Positions 54,129 to 63,704 of a stretch of DNA of 64,000 nt are shown in pieces. Position numbers and translations under genes: made by a program. The stretch comes from a virus (taxonomy: Duplodnaviria; Caudoviricetes), in IMG/VR virus record IMGVR_UViG_3300014205_000021, positions 3,207 through 67,206 of that record; one strand, given 5' to 3'. The notes beneath the pieces are model-generated. The model saw only the letters and a program-made list of their open reading frames with translations, did no database searches and was not told where the DNA came from. Each line of letters starts with the position of its first letter. Position 1 is the first letter of the stretch.

Positions 54129-54776
54129 ATGAAACGATTGTTTTTTATCGGAGGCTTTGCCGCGGTACTCGCGGCGTCGATTACCGCTTCGGCTTTCTCG
54201 GCGCAGGCCGCCGACAAGGCTCCGGTTTACGCTGCGCGCGAAAAGGCGGCTGCGATCTTCAACTGGACGGGTTTCTACGTTGGCGCGCAAGTCGGCTATG
54301 ACCGGGACAAATTCTCGTCCTCGGGCTTGTCCGATCAGCCGGCGGGCTTCACCGCAGGCGTGCATGCGGGCTACCGGTATCAGCTCGAGAACAATCTCGT
54401 GCTTGGTATCGAGGCCGATGTATCGGCTGGCGACGTGAGCAGCAATACGCTCACGGTGGTCAACGATGCGGCAAAGCTCTGGGGCAGCGTGCGCGGCACC
54501 CTCGGCTATTCGTTCCTCGGCTTCATGCCCTACGCGACGGCCGGGTGGGCTTGGCAGCGCGGCGAGATCAGCCTGCTCGGCTTCAAGGACGAACAGATGC
54601 ACAGCGGCTGGGTTTATGGCGCTGGCATCGCGGCACCGATCACGACGCATTTGATCGCGAGCGTCGAGTGGCTGCATTACGACCTCAGCAACGCGACTTA
54701 TACGATCCCGTTCGGGAGCGCGAGCGTCGATAGCCGCAAAGACACCTACATGGCGAAGCTGGCGTATAAGTTCTAA
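54129..54776 (+). CDS. Outer-membrane 8-stranded beta-barrel protein (Omp25/Omp31/RopB family)
   Basis: Signal peptide ending AQA-AD; FNWTGFYVGAQVGY; LVLGIEADV; GWVYGAG; C-terminal YKF. Confidence 0.9.
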   Translation: MKRLFFIGGFAAVLAASITASAFSAQAADKAPVYAAREKAAAIFNWTGFYVGAQVGYDRDKFSSSGLSDQPAGFTAGVHAGYRYQLENNLVLGIEADVSAGDVSSNTLTVVNDAAKLWGSVRGTLGYSFLGFMPYATAGWAWQRGEISLLGFKDEQMHSGWVYGAGIAAPITTHLIASVEWLHYDLSNATYTIPFGSASVDSRKDTYMAKLAYKF

Positions 54777-54798
54777 TCGCCGCTTCACGTGAAACGAG

Positions 54799-54829
54799 AA
54801 AGCCCCGGGTCATCCCCGGGGCTTTTTTT
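54799..54829 (+). terminator. Rho-independent terminator
   Basis: AAAGCCCCGGG/CCCGGGGCTTT stem plus T7. Confidence 0.85.
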
Positions 54830-54839
54830 ATGCCGAGAA

Positions 54840-54869
54840 GAAAAAGGGCCACCGGGAAACCGGTGGCCC
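54840..54869 (-). terminator. Rho-independent terminator for the tail/lysis operon
   Basis: GGGCCACCGG/CCGGTGGCCC stem, T-run on the minus strand. Confidence 0.8.
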
Positions 54870-54959
54870 AAGTCTAGGGAGGAAACGCCCAAGGAGGGCG
54901 GGCACTGACGCCAATCAAGCGCCCGCCTCCGGGTAACACGCCGCGCGGTGATTCGGGAA

Positions 54960-55346
54960 TCAGGATTTCGGCTCGTCGTCTCCGCCGGGAAACTCGCCGA
55001 CAAAACTCCCCTCTACCCGAGGCCTGAACTTCGGCGCGTCCTCGAAAATACCCCGGCGCCGCATATACGCGAACAGCTCCGCGAGGTAATCGCGCAACTC
55101 GCCTAGCTCTTCCTTCATCGTGTCGACGGTGTTTTGCAGCTCGGCCTTTTCCTGCACGTCATCCTCGTGCTGCTTGCGCAGCTCGCGGAGCAACGTGCGA
55201 TTTTCCTCGAGGAGCAGCTTGAGGCTCTCGTTCACAGTCGACGCCATGTCGATGCGGTTTTTGCCTCGGTCTTTCCGGAGCCCAAAAACCCCTGTCACGA
55301 CCGAGATCAGCACCGCGCCGACTGCTGTCCAGAACGCGGGATCCAT
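54960..55346 (-). CDS. Single-TM plus coiled-coil protein (holin-like candidate)
   Basis: MDPAFWTAVGAVLISVVTGVFGL; located in the lysis cassette. Confidence 0.55.
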   Translation of the reverse strand: MDPAFWTAVGAVLISVVTGVFGLRKDRGKNRIDMASTVNESLKLLLEENRTLLRELRKQHEDDVQEKAELQNTVDTMKEELGELRDYLAELFAYMRRRGIFEDAPKFRPRVEGSFVGEFPGGDDEPKS

Positions 55347-55357
55347 ACTCCGGATCC

Positions 55358-55741
55358 TCAGTTCTTTTGCTTGAGCTTGTCGATCTTGCGCCCGAGCCAC
55401 GAGCGCTTCGGTTTTGCCGCCGGCTGGCTGGCCGGCGCTGCGAAAGTAACGCCCGAGAACGAAGTGCCAGCGAAAGCCCCGCGCACGACCTGCTGGCAGC
55501 CACGGGTATCGTAAAGGCGCGCATTCGCCTCTAGAAAAGCCTGCTTGTACCGGCCAGCGATCAGCCACGGGTCGTCCGTATCTGCGAACTTCGGTTCGCC
55601 CACCTGCTCGGCCAAATCCTCGCAGTCGCTCGGGGCTTGCACGGTCGAGGGCGCGAGAGGCTTTTCAACGACCGAGTTCCCGCAATTTACGAGCATCGGC
55701 AGGAGAAGCACAAGCGCCGCCTGGCTTGAAACCCTTTTCAT
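55358..55741 (-). CDS. o-spanin (Rz1-like lipoprotein)
   Basis: Lipobox-like LVNC, Pro-rich, overlaps the i-spanin 3' end. Confidence 0.65.
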   Translation of the reverse strand: MKRVSSQAALVLLLPMLVNCGNSVVEKPLAPSTVQAPSDCEDLAEQVGEPKFADTDDPWLIAGRYKQAFLEANARLYDTRGCQQVVRGAFAGTSFSGVTFAAPASQPAAKPKRSWLGRKIDKLKQKN

Positions 55742-56006
55742 AGTCGTCGACCTTCCGCTGCAGCTCGAGAGATCGATTACGGGCTTGCTCGAGCAATCGT
55801 TGTTTTTCTGCGGACGTCGTCTTCTGCACCTTAAGCTGAAGCTCGAGCCCGTTCACTTTCTGGATTGACGCACGCGCGTTGCACTGTTCGACCTGAAAGT
55901 CTCGGGTTTTAAGAAACACCAGCCCGATGATTCCTACTGCCAGAATCAAAGGTACTGGAATAGTCGCAATCGACCATAGAGCTTTTAGGATGTTGAGCGG
56001 GGTCAT
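55665..56006 (-). CDS. i-spanin (Rz-like)
   Basis: N-terminal TM plus coiled coil; follows the endolysin. Confidence 0.65.
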   Translation of the reverse strand: MTPLNILKALWSIATIPVPLILAVGIIGLVFLKTRDFQVEQCNARASIQKVNGLELQLKVQKTTSAEKQRLLEQARNRSLELQRKVDDYEKGFKPGGACASPADARKLRELGR

Positions 56007-57151
56007 AGCTTTAGGTTCGTCCCGTCCTGATGTTCCTTGAGCCGCTTCCACGCGATGCGAACGCTGTAATAGATGAAGCCCGCGCCGGCGAGAAGAACGA
56101 TCACCCACGCGTAGTTCACGAAGAACTGCACGCCGCGCTGCAGGATATCGATCGTCTCATGCACGCCGCCGAATTTGTCCGTGACCTGCTTCGCCTTATC
56201 GAGCGCACCCGTCTGATCCGCGCCCATAAACAGGCCGCCCCCGAATAGCCACTTACCCCAGCCCTTCAGCTTATCCGTGAACGTGATGGTCTCGCTGCCC
56301 TTTTCGCGCAGATCCTTGACGGTCGCCTCGGCGCGCTTCTCGCTCACGGGTGGCGGCAGCGCGACGTCGAGCGCGCGCTCAGTCGCCTCGTCGACGATAC
56401 CGGTCACCGGCAACCCGGAATCCGCCTGCAACGCCATCGTGGCGTTGCGCGTATTCACCCCGAAGTCGCCGTCCGGATCGCCGACGTAATACGCACCGCC
56501 GATCTCGTTGAGCTTCTGCTGGTACGCTTTCACGCGCCAGCCCTTCGAGCCTATCCCGATGGTTCCAGCCGGGATATGCGGAGCCGGGTTAATCGGCGTG
56601 GTCTTTTTCGATTCCGGCACCTTCGCGTCCGAGGGCTCGGTCGGCGCCGACGCGAGTGGATTGATCTTCTGCACGACGGTCGAGATTACGCCGGCCGGCA
56701 GCGGTTCGATATTGCTCCAGCGCGCGCCCAGCAGGCGCGACCGCGGCATTCGAATGATGGAGATTGAGTTCGCCTGGTTGCCGCCGATCACGAGGAGCGC
56801 ATCGCCCTGATCTTCGACGAGGCACGCGACGTGCCCCTGCGAAGGATCGGAGCCGCGGCTGAACACACATACGGCACCGCGCGGCAGCTTCTTTTTCGTC
56901 TCAAGCGGTATCCCCCACTTGAGCCAAGAGCGCGCCATCAGGCTATCGGTCGGCTCTTCGCCGGCGTCGACCATTTCGGCATTCATCGCGGCGGAGCACC
57001 ACGCGACCGCATCGTCGCGAATTTCCGGATGCCCGGCTTTCGCGTACATCTCGACGATGCGCGGATTGCTGCCCGGGCCAGCAACCTCGCGAACCCCGAG
57101 ATCGGCATAGAAGTTCTTGAGCCAAAGCGGATCGCTTGCGAGTGCCGGCAT
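56003..57151 (-). CDS. Endolysin: TIGR02594-like (CHAP/NlpC) domain, peptidoglycan-binding domain and C-terminal TM segments
   Basis: AWCSAA, ARSW, GHVA, IGGNQ; DGDFGVNTRNA..ALQ...TGIVD; hydrophobic tail. Confidence 0.88.
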   Translation of the reverse strand: MPALASDPLWLKNFYADLGVREVAGPGSNPRIVEMYAKAGHPEIRDDAVAWCSAAMNAEMVDAGEEPTDSLMARSWLKWGIPLETKKKLPRGAVCVFSRGSDPSQGHVACLVEDQGDALLVIGGNQANSISIIRMPRSRLLGARWSNIEPLPAGVISTVVQKINPLASAPTEPSDAKVPESKKTTPINPAPHIPAGTIGIGSKGWRVKAYQQKLNEIGGAYYVGDPDGDFGVNTRNATMALQADSGLPVTGIVDEATERALDVALPPPVSEKRAEATVKDLREKGSETITFTDKLKGWGKWLFGGGLFMGADQTGALDKAKQVTDKFGGVHETIDILQRGVQFFVNYAWVIVLLAGAGFIYYSVRIAWKRLKEHQDGTNLKL

Positions 57152-57214
57152 GTGCTTCCCCCCTGAGCGCTTCGTCCTTTTATGCCGAAGCACGTCAGCC
57201 GCACAAGCAGCCTT

Positions 57215-58279
57215 TTAGATGCCGTCGAAAACCGTCACGATGCACTTGCCGTCCGCACCGCGCGCGCCATCCGCATTCAGGCCAGCGCCGCCGCCGCCGC
57301 CGGGCTGCGTGCCGGCTTGCGGAGAGTTGCCACCATTCCCGCCACGACCGCCGAACTCGGAAGTCCCGCCCTGGCTGCCGCCGGTCGTGGCCGCGCCGCC
57401 CGCGCCGCCGCCGCCGATTGCCCGACCGCCGTTCGCATTCGACGGACAACCCGCGCCGGTAAACACATCCGTTGCGTCGCCCCAAGCGCCACCGCCCACC
57501 GCGTAGAGACCGCCGCCGTTCGAAACGCCCCCGCTATTGCCGCCGCCACCGCCGTAAGCCGTGATCTTATTGCCAAATGTTGAATTCCCGCCGTTGCTGC
57601 CATTCCCGGTGCTGCCGGTTCGCGGCGCACCGCCCTGGCCGATCGTCACGCTCTCGGTCGCGGCGAGATCGGAAAGCGGTATCCAGCGTTCGCGGTAAGC
57701 CCCGCCGGCGCCGCCCGTGGCGAGACCTTGCGTGCCAGTGCCACGGGCACCACCGCCGGCGCCGCCCCAGATCTGAATCAGCACATAGGCTTTCGCGCTG
57801 AAACCGGTCGGCTTCGTCCAAGTGCCGCTCGCGAGAAATACTTGCTGATCTGCCGGCTTGGCTTTCAGGGTGGTCGGCGACGTCACGATTGTTGAAAGGA
57901 TTCGCAGGCTCGTGCCGTCGTGAACCATTTTATAGATGCCGCCGACGACGAATTCACCGCCCGCGAGAGAGACACCTTCGGCGGTTTTGCACTCGAGCGG
58001 TGCCGCGCTGCCAATCGTAAAAAAAACCGGCCCGGGATTCTGCGCTGCCGGCTGATACCAAAACGCCATGCCGCGAATGAGCGCCGACAAAGTCGGCGTT
58101 ACGCCGGCCGCGATATCGCCGTTTGAATCCGCGACCGGGTTTTCCAGCCAGAGAGCCGAGGCGTCATAGAGCCGCGCGACCGAAGCCGAAACCTTGTTCG
58201 TGTAATCGCCTTCACCCTGTTCGTTGGCTGGCGGCCCGGCTTCCGGGCACGGGAGAATGCGCTGAGGAATCGTCGTCAT
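57215..58279 (-). CDS. Tail fibre with a Gly-rich C-terminal domain
   Basis: QVFLASGTWTKP...IWGGAGGG...GADGKCIV; follows the tail tip gene. Confidence 0.8.
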   Translation of the reverse strand: MTTIPQRILPCPEAGPPANEQGEGDYTNKVSASVARLYDASALWLENPVADSNGDIAAGVTPTLSALIRGMAFWYQPAAQNPGPVFFTIGSAAPLECKTAEGVSLAGGEFVVGGIYKMVHDGTSLRILSTIVTSPTTLKAKPADQQVFLASGTWTKPTGFSAKAYVLIQIWGGAGGGARGTGTQGLATGGAGGAYRERWIPLSDLAATESVTIGQGGAPRTGSTGNGSNGGNSTFGNKITAYGGGGGNSGGVSNGGGLYAVGGGAWGDATDVFTGAGCPSNANGGRAIGGGGAGGAATTGGSQGGTSEFGGRGGNGGNSPQAGTQPGGGGGAGLNADGARGADGKCIVTVFDGI

Positions 58280-61200
58280 TACGGGGCCTCATAACCTTCG
58301 GGGAAAGGAGCCCGCGCGAGATAGCCCGCGCGATACGAAAAGAATTCTGCGGTGCCCTGCGAGGTATGGCCCGTGAAGGGGATCCACAAACCGCCGTAAC
58401 CCTGATCGGGCCCGAGACTATCTTGCCGCGCGATCATCCACTCGTCGGGCTCCGGATCACCGAAGGCCCACGCCTTCGCGTATGTCCAGTCGCTAGCATA
58501 TTTCATGCGCAGCCAATAGCGAGAGTTCGCCCGCCAGTTAAACGGCGCGGTCGTCCACAGGCCGCCGTTAAGACCAACGCGGCCGAGGTTCAGCGTGCGC
58601 CCGTATGTGCGCTGCACCGGGCTCGGAGAACCTGCTTGCTCGAGCTGCGGCATGCCGATCCGAAGGACAAAATCGAAGCTCTGGCCATTCGACCAGCTAA
58701 AGCCGAAATCGAGATAGACCGCGGCCGCGCTCGGGTTTGTGATCTGCCCTGCGAACCCATAGCGGGTCAGCTTATCGGTCAGCGCATCATGAAGGCTTAC
58801 GCCCCCGAGACCCTGAAGCCACGCCCCGCTAGAATTGGCAGCTTCGGCCGCGAGATATGAAAAATTAGGAGCGCCGAACCCGCCGGCGACAAGTTTCAAA
58901 TACGCGGAGCCGATCCACGTTTGCCCGTTCGCCGCCGGAATGCTGTTGAATTTTGTAAAGGCAAACGAGGTTCGCTGATCCGATCCGCCTCCGCTCGTCG
59001 TGCCGAAGAAGCGAACATCGATGTAGTCGACGCCGGCTTCCTGCCCGGTGCCGACAATCTCGCGACTGTAGCCGTTATACCCGCTAAGGTCAGTCCAGAA
59101 ATCCGGCAGAACGCCCGGGGCGCCCGCGACGGCGCCGATCATCGAGTTGTTCTCGACCCAATTCGGGTTTCCGAGAAGGAAGCAAAGCGCGGCCGTCGGC
59201 TTGGCGCGATCCGTGGTGCCCCGAAGAATCGCGCCGATATTCTGCACTTGATAGGTTTCGGATGCGCCGGTCTTCATAAGCAGCAGGGCTTCGCCATTCG
59301 TCACGGTGCCGATTTCGTCGAGCGCCAGTCCGCCGTCGTCCGTATTGACGCCGCCGGTGAAAGACAGGCGCTGCCCGCTGAAGGCCGTCGGATCGGCGTC
59401 GATGCTATAGTTCGGAGCGGTGCTTGGCTTTTTCGTCCAGCCGGCCGGCGTGCCTGCCCCGGCAGCGGTCTCGCTGAAATCCCGTGTGATCGCCGCGTCG
59501 CCGAAAAGCCCGTTGCCTTCATCGACCGCCTCGATCGTCGCTTTTAAGTCGCCGCGCGGCGTGATCTTTGTGATGATCACGCGCCGATGCTCCGTCCCGA
59601 GGATGCCAGTGGTCGCGAGAACGTCCCGCGCAATCTTTCGATCCGGGTCGCTTACCGGCGTATTGAACGTAAGCAGAGTCCGGCGCTCACCGGAATTGTT
59701 CGTGTCGGTTTCAGGCGTGACCTCGGTGATCAGATGTGAGCCGCCGCCGCGCAGACGGAGCGAAACGCCCATCCGCCCGGGCGCAAAATATTTGTCGTCG
59801 CTTTCGGAAAAATATCGATCCGTCGCCGCGAAGTAATCGCCGCCGCTCGGGAAAGGAACCTCGGAGTCCAGCATCACGCCGGTCACGAGATTCTCGTCCA
59901 GATTATATCGGAAGACCTCGCGCACCCACGCGAAGCCTCCGAAGCGGGCGAGCATATCGGATTGCAGCCCGACGAGATCGCCTCGGATAGCGATCATCGT
60001 GTCCCAGCCGGCCTGATATTTATACGTCACCGGTCGGTAGTCAGGCTGCGCCTGGTCGAAATCCGCCCGCGCGAGCCCCGCGACTTTGTCGACGGTCGCC
60101 GGATAGGTGTACGCCTCGAATTTAGAGGCGTCGTCCTCCGTGCGGCCGCGCCGCGGCACGATGAGCTCGTCCTCAATGTAGTCATTCGTCCGATCATAAA
60201 ATTTGATCCGGAAGGCATCCGGGCGATCCGGGAAAATTTTATTGATCGTCAGGTTGTCGCTGTTCAGTGGCGTGAAGGTCTGGATCACGCCTTCGCCCGA
60301 GCGGTCGCGGTCGATGACCACGCCCCAGAGATCGGACTGCCGGGGACGGGCAAAGCCGCAACCCGCGAGCAATTCGAGAACCTCCGAACCCGCGCGGCCG
60401 TCGCAAACTAGGTCGGCCTTGTAATTGTTCGCAAGGCATCGCTCACGCCACGCGAGGATGCTCGAAAGCGACACCATATCCGGGCTGAGCCGCCGCCGAT
60501 TCAGGTCGCCGGTCAGCACATCGTAATAATGCGGTGCCGGGCAAGAGGTCGTTTTCCAGTCCGACCACTGTTGCTGCTCGGCATTCCAGTCTCGGACGTA
60601 GCCGCTCGCCTCGATGGAGATTTGACCGAGGCTTCGGTTCTTCGCGCGAATCGCGATCAGCGCATCGCCCCGCCCCGGGATCGGATGGTCGTTCCAGATC
60701 GCGGAGACGCGCTCAAGGTCGCAGCGGTGTCGGACGCCGTTATATTTTCGAACAACGCCATACGAGCCCGAGCTTGTACCGATGTAGCTGAAAAAATCGA
60801 ATTGGTGAGAATCATACAGATGGGTCGAGTCCTCCATCAGCGAGTCCGAATAGATCGTGCCCTTCTTGATCTGTATCTCGTACTTGCCCTTCGGGAAGTT
60901 CGCCTCGTCGAGATAGAACGTGGCCGCGTCGCGGGTGAGCGCGACATTGCGAACGTTCGTCGAGGAGGCATTCGTGTGGTTCAAATAGTCGTTGAATGCG
61001 CCGGCAGAAAAGCGCGGGTGCGCGTCCCAGTTATCGGTCGCGAGCGCGCCATTCGACCCGCCGTAAGAGAACGTGCCCGCAACCTGCCCGGCCACCCACT
61101 TATACGCGAGATAGAAGGAATCGTTTTGGATCGGCGTCGGGATGCTCGCGGGGTCGCCCCAGACAATCTCCACCACCTTCTTGAAGGGCGACGCGTTATT

Positions 61201-62340
61201 CGTCCGAAGGTGAAATTCGGGGAAATTTCGCCAATCCTGATCGGAGCCGCCCTGCGGCCGGATGCGCATCCGGAAGGGAACACAGAGGATCGCGTTCGGG
61301 GAGTTTTGATCAAGCAGCCCCTCTTGAAACGCCAGCACGAGCACGATCTTGTCGCACGCACCGCGGCTCAACACCGTGTGCCAGTCGGTGATCGAGTTTA
61401 GAGGCGTTTCCTGATCCTGAAGCAGAATCCAGTCGCCATCACCAGTTTGATCAATGGTCGGCGGCCCGAGGAGCGCACTCGTGCCGTCGGTAAACGTCTG
61501 GCGGTTGATCAACGTGATCGGCGGGTCGTCTGGCCAGCCTTCCCGCATCTCGACTTGGAAGTCCTCGGACTCTTCCACGAGCACGTTACCAGCGCGCAGC
61601 TTTTCCAGCTTATGCGGGCCCGAAAGCGCGAAGATTGTTTCGATCCACTCATCCTTTCCGTCAAGCTCGATATACGGATAAACCACCGACGGCGGGTAAA
61701 GCCGCCGCGTGCCGAGCACGCGCGGCACCGTCCCGCCCTTCTCGAGAACGTTGTTCTGAAGTGATGACGGCTCCTGGCCGGAATCGGAATTTTGCCCGCT
61801 CGCATTCGACTGGCTCGGCGGTCGCGAAAGGCTGCTAATCAGCAGCGACCCGCCGAGCGCAATGCCGCCGGCCAGCGCAGCCGCGCCGAACGTACCGGCC
61901 GCAAATTGCGCGCCGAGAATGAACTCCGCACCGCCCGCCCCGACGCCGGCGGTCACAACCGTGAGGGCGATCGCCGCGATGATCGCAAGAGTTTGGCTGC
62001 CTTTCCGGAGTGGAGCAGGGTGCAGCGTAACGCTGATCTGGCCGTCGGGCCGCAACTTCGGCCGCGCGATATTCCACACGCTGCGCGGAATTTCGACCCC
62101 GTCGACGCACACCCGGCCGCCGCTGTGAAAGCTGAGCGGTAGCTGGTCGTTCGGAAGCGACGCGACGATCTCATGAATTGTCGGGACGCTCTCTTTCTCC
62201 CCGACGGGAAAGAACTTGTAATTCGGCACCGCGGCGTCGAAGGGCATCCGCGCCCACGCGACCGCGACGCCTCGCTCGCGCGAGATCGCGATATCTTTCA
62301 CGCGCGAAAACACGAGTTCTTTTTCAATCGGAGCATTCAC
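58279..62340 (-). CDS. Central tail tip / host-specificity (J-like) protein with extra C-terminal carbohydrate-binding-like modules
   Basis: VPRVLG, SCPAPHYYDVL, IQTFTPLNS; C-terminal beta-sandwich with an inserted module ending MPQLE. Confidence 0.85.
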   Translation of the reverse strand: MNAPIEKELVFSRVKDIAISRERGVAVAWARMPFDAAVPNYKFFPVGEKESVPTIHEIVASLPNDQLPLSFHSGGRVCVDGVEIPRSVWNIARPKLRPDGQISVTLHPAPLRKGSQTLAIIAAIALTVVTAGVGAGGAEFILGAQFAAGTFGAAALAGGIALGGSLLISSLSRPPSQSNASGQNSDSGQEPSSLQNNVLEKGGTVPRVLGTRRLYPPSVVYPYIELDGKDEWIETIFALSGPHKLEKLRAGNVLVEESEDFQVEMREGWPDDPPITLINRQTFTDGTSALLGPPTIDQTGDGDWILLQDQETPLNSITDWHTVLSRGACDKIVLVLAFQEGLLDQNSPNAILCVPFRMRIRPQGGSDQDWRNFPEFHLRTNNASPFKKVVEIVWGDPASIPTPIQNDSFYLAYKWVAGQVAGTFSYGGSNGALATDNWDAHPRFSAGAFNDYLNHTNASSTNVRNVALTRDAATFYLDEANFPKGKYEIQIKKGTIYSDSLMEDSTHLYDSHQFDFFSYIGTSSGSYGVVRKYNGVRHRCDLERVSAIWNDHPIPGRGDALIAIRAKNRSLGQISIEASGYVRDWNAEQQQWSDWKTTSCPAPHYYDVLTGDLNRRRLSPDMVSLSSILAWRERCLANNYKADLVCDGRAGSEVLELLAGCGFARPRQSDLWGVVIDRDRSGEGVIQTFTPLNSDNLTINKIFPDRPDAFRIKFYDRTNDYIEDELIVPRRGRTEDDASKFEAYTYPATVDKVAGLARADFDQAQPDYRPVTYKYQAGWDTMIAIRGDLVGLQSDMLARFGGFAWVREVFRYNLDENLVTGVMLDSEVPFPSGGDYFAATDRYFSESDDKYFAPGRMGVSLRLRGGGSHLITEVTPETDTNNSGERRTLLTFNTPVSDPDRKIARDVLATTGILGTEHRRVIITKITPRGDLKATIEAVDEGNGLFGDAAITRDFSETAAGAGTPAGWTKKPSTAPNYSIDADPTAFSGQRLSFTGGVNTDDGGLALDEIGTVTNGEALLLMKTGASETYQVQNIGAILRGTTDRAKPTAALCFLLGNPNWVENNSMIGAVAGAPGVLPDFWTDLSGYNGYSREIVGTGQEAGVDYIDVRFFGTTSGGGSDQRTSFAFTKFNSIPAANGQTWIGSAYLKLVAGGFGAPNFSYLAAEAANSSGAWLQGLGGVSLHDALTDKLTRYGFAGQITNPSAAAVYLDFGFSWSNGQSFDFVLRIGMPQLEQAGSPSPVQRTYGRTLNLGRVGLNGGLWTTAPFNWRANSRYWLRMKYASDWTYAKAWAFGDPEPDEWMIARQDSLGPDQGYGGLWIPFTGHTSQGTAEFFSYRAGYLARAPFPEGYEAP

Positions 62341-62834
62341 GGGGTGAGCGCCTTATGCCGGTGAAAGGAAATTACTCGAGCCCAGATATCAGGCTGATCG
62401 ACGCGTACGCAGCAGCTGAGCGACTTCTCCTGCGCGTGCAGCATGAACGCGCTATTTACCATAATGCCGATGTGCGATGGGATTTTGTGCGACCCGCGCT
62501 CGCGCTCGAAATTCCGCATCAACACGAGATCGTAAGCCTTCACGCGCGCGCGCTCCTCGCGGGGTATCTCGATGAAGTCCGAATAGGACTCGCGCCCCTC
62601 CGCGAAAGCTCGGGCGCATGCCATCAGGTTTGCGGCGGAGATTTCGCCATAACGATCAAGGTGAATGCCGAGCTGCTCGTGCAGCACGCGCCGAACGAGC
62701 GCCCAGCAGTTCAGGCCGTCGCTAGACTCGGGCTCTTCGCGGAACGGGATCCCGCAATACGGGTCAACCCATCGTGGCGGCCCTAGCGGTAAATCCCGGG
62801 GTAGCGCCTTTTCGTTGCTCGGCTGCTCGGCCAC
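62337..62834 (-). CDS. NlpC/P60 tail-tip protein
   Basis: YCGIPF...GLNCWALV...HIGI...LHA; start codon uncertain. Confidence 0.8.
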   Translation of the reverse strand: MAEQPSNEKALPRDLPLGPPRWVDPYCGIPFREEPESSDGLNCWALVRRVLHEQLGIHLDRYGEISAANLMACARAFAEGRESYSDFIEIPREERARVKAYDLVLMRNFERERGSHKIPSHIGIMVNSAFMLHAQEKSLSCCVRVDQPDIWARVISFHRHKALTP

Positions 62835-63337
62835 GGTTCCCTCGTGAAGTCGACCGACATGAGATCGCACGTCGTCCAGACCGGATCAATCACCGCGCCG
62901 GCAAGCTGTGCATGCCGGATCGCCATCTCGACGAAAGCCGTTGAGGTTTCTTTCCAGACGTAATCGTCCGGAGCGGCTAGGCGCTCGAAATCCGACCCCT
63001 TGATGCCTTCGATCAGAATGTCCGGCGAGTCCGTGAGCTTTTCGACATATTCGCCGACCCGCCGATCCGCATTGAGAAACTGGATCGACCCCTTGGGCGG
63101 ATTCTCGTCGTCGCTGAAAAGCACGATTTGGAACGGCATGCCGATCCACCGCTCCGCGATCCCGTTAATGGTACGCTCGTACTCGATCGGGCGGCCGCGC
63201 GGCAACGCGGCATCGTTCACGAGCCGGATCGTCTCCGAGGCCTTGTCGGTTCGGGCCGTCAGGAAGATTAGGTCGACCTCGTCGGAAAACTTCGAATTCA
63301 GCGAGTCGACGTAGCCGCTGGAAAGCTCCCGGGGCAT
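62783..63337 (-). CDS. Tail hub / minor tail protein (DUF1833-like)
   Basis: IRLVND...MPFQIVLFSD; synteny between the distal tail and NlpC genes. Confidence 0.7.
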   Translation of the reverse strand: MPRELSSGYVDSLNSKFSDEVDLIFLTARTDKASETIRLVNDAALPRGRPIEYERTINGIAERWIGMPFQIVLFSDDENPPKGSIQFLNADRRVGEYVEKLTDSPDILIEGIKGSDFERLAAPDDYVWKETSTAFVEMAIRHAQLAGAVIDPVWTTCDLMSVDFTREPWPSSRATKRRYPGIYR

Positions 63338-63699
63338 CAGGGCAGCCTTATGATCGAAATCGTGAGGTTGTATTGATCGAAGGCCGTCGGTGCGATCTGC
63401 GGGTCGCCTTGGAAGAGCCAGAGAAACTCCGTGTTCTTCGTCGGGTGATTCCACAGATACGGAAGCGAGCCGTCTTTGACGTCATCGCGAAACCAGTTCT
63501 CGAAAGCCTCGCGCTGCACGGTGTTGATTTTGAACACGGCCTGCGAGGGGACGTGCGAAGCGCTCGAGCGGCGCCTCGCGAGCGCCGCACCGACATCCGG
63601 CTTATACTCGACGACCGTGCGCTGCAGATTTTCCGTCCAGCCGTCATATTGCGGCTTTTGCGGAAACCCCAGCGTGGTCAGCCATACCGGATCGGCCAT
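63337..63699 (-). CDS. Distal tail protein
   Basis: YKPDVG...RRRSS...FENWF...GSLPYLWNHP. Confidence 0.75.
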   Translation of the reverse strand: MADPVWLTTLGFPQKPQYDGWTENLQRTVVEYKPDVGAALARRRSSASHVPSQAVFKINTVQREAFENWFRDDVKDGSLPYLWNHPTKNTEFLWLFQGDPQIAPTAFDQYNLTISIIRLP

Positions 63700-63704
63700 C
63701 GCTT

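Noticed and set aside
57215-62340. Diversity-generating retroelement or invertible tail-fibre cassette
   Set aside because: No reverse transcriptase, invertase or TR/VR repeat pair was seen.
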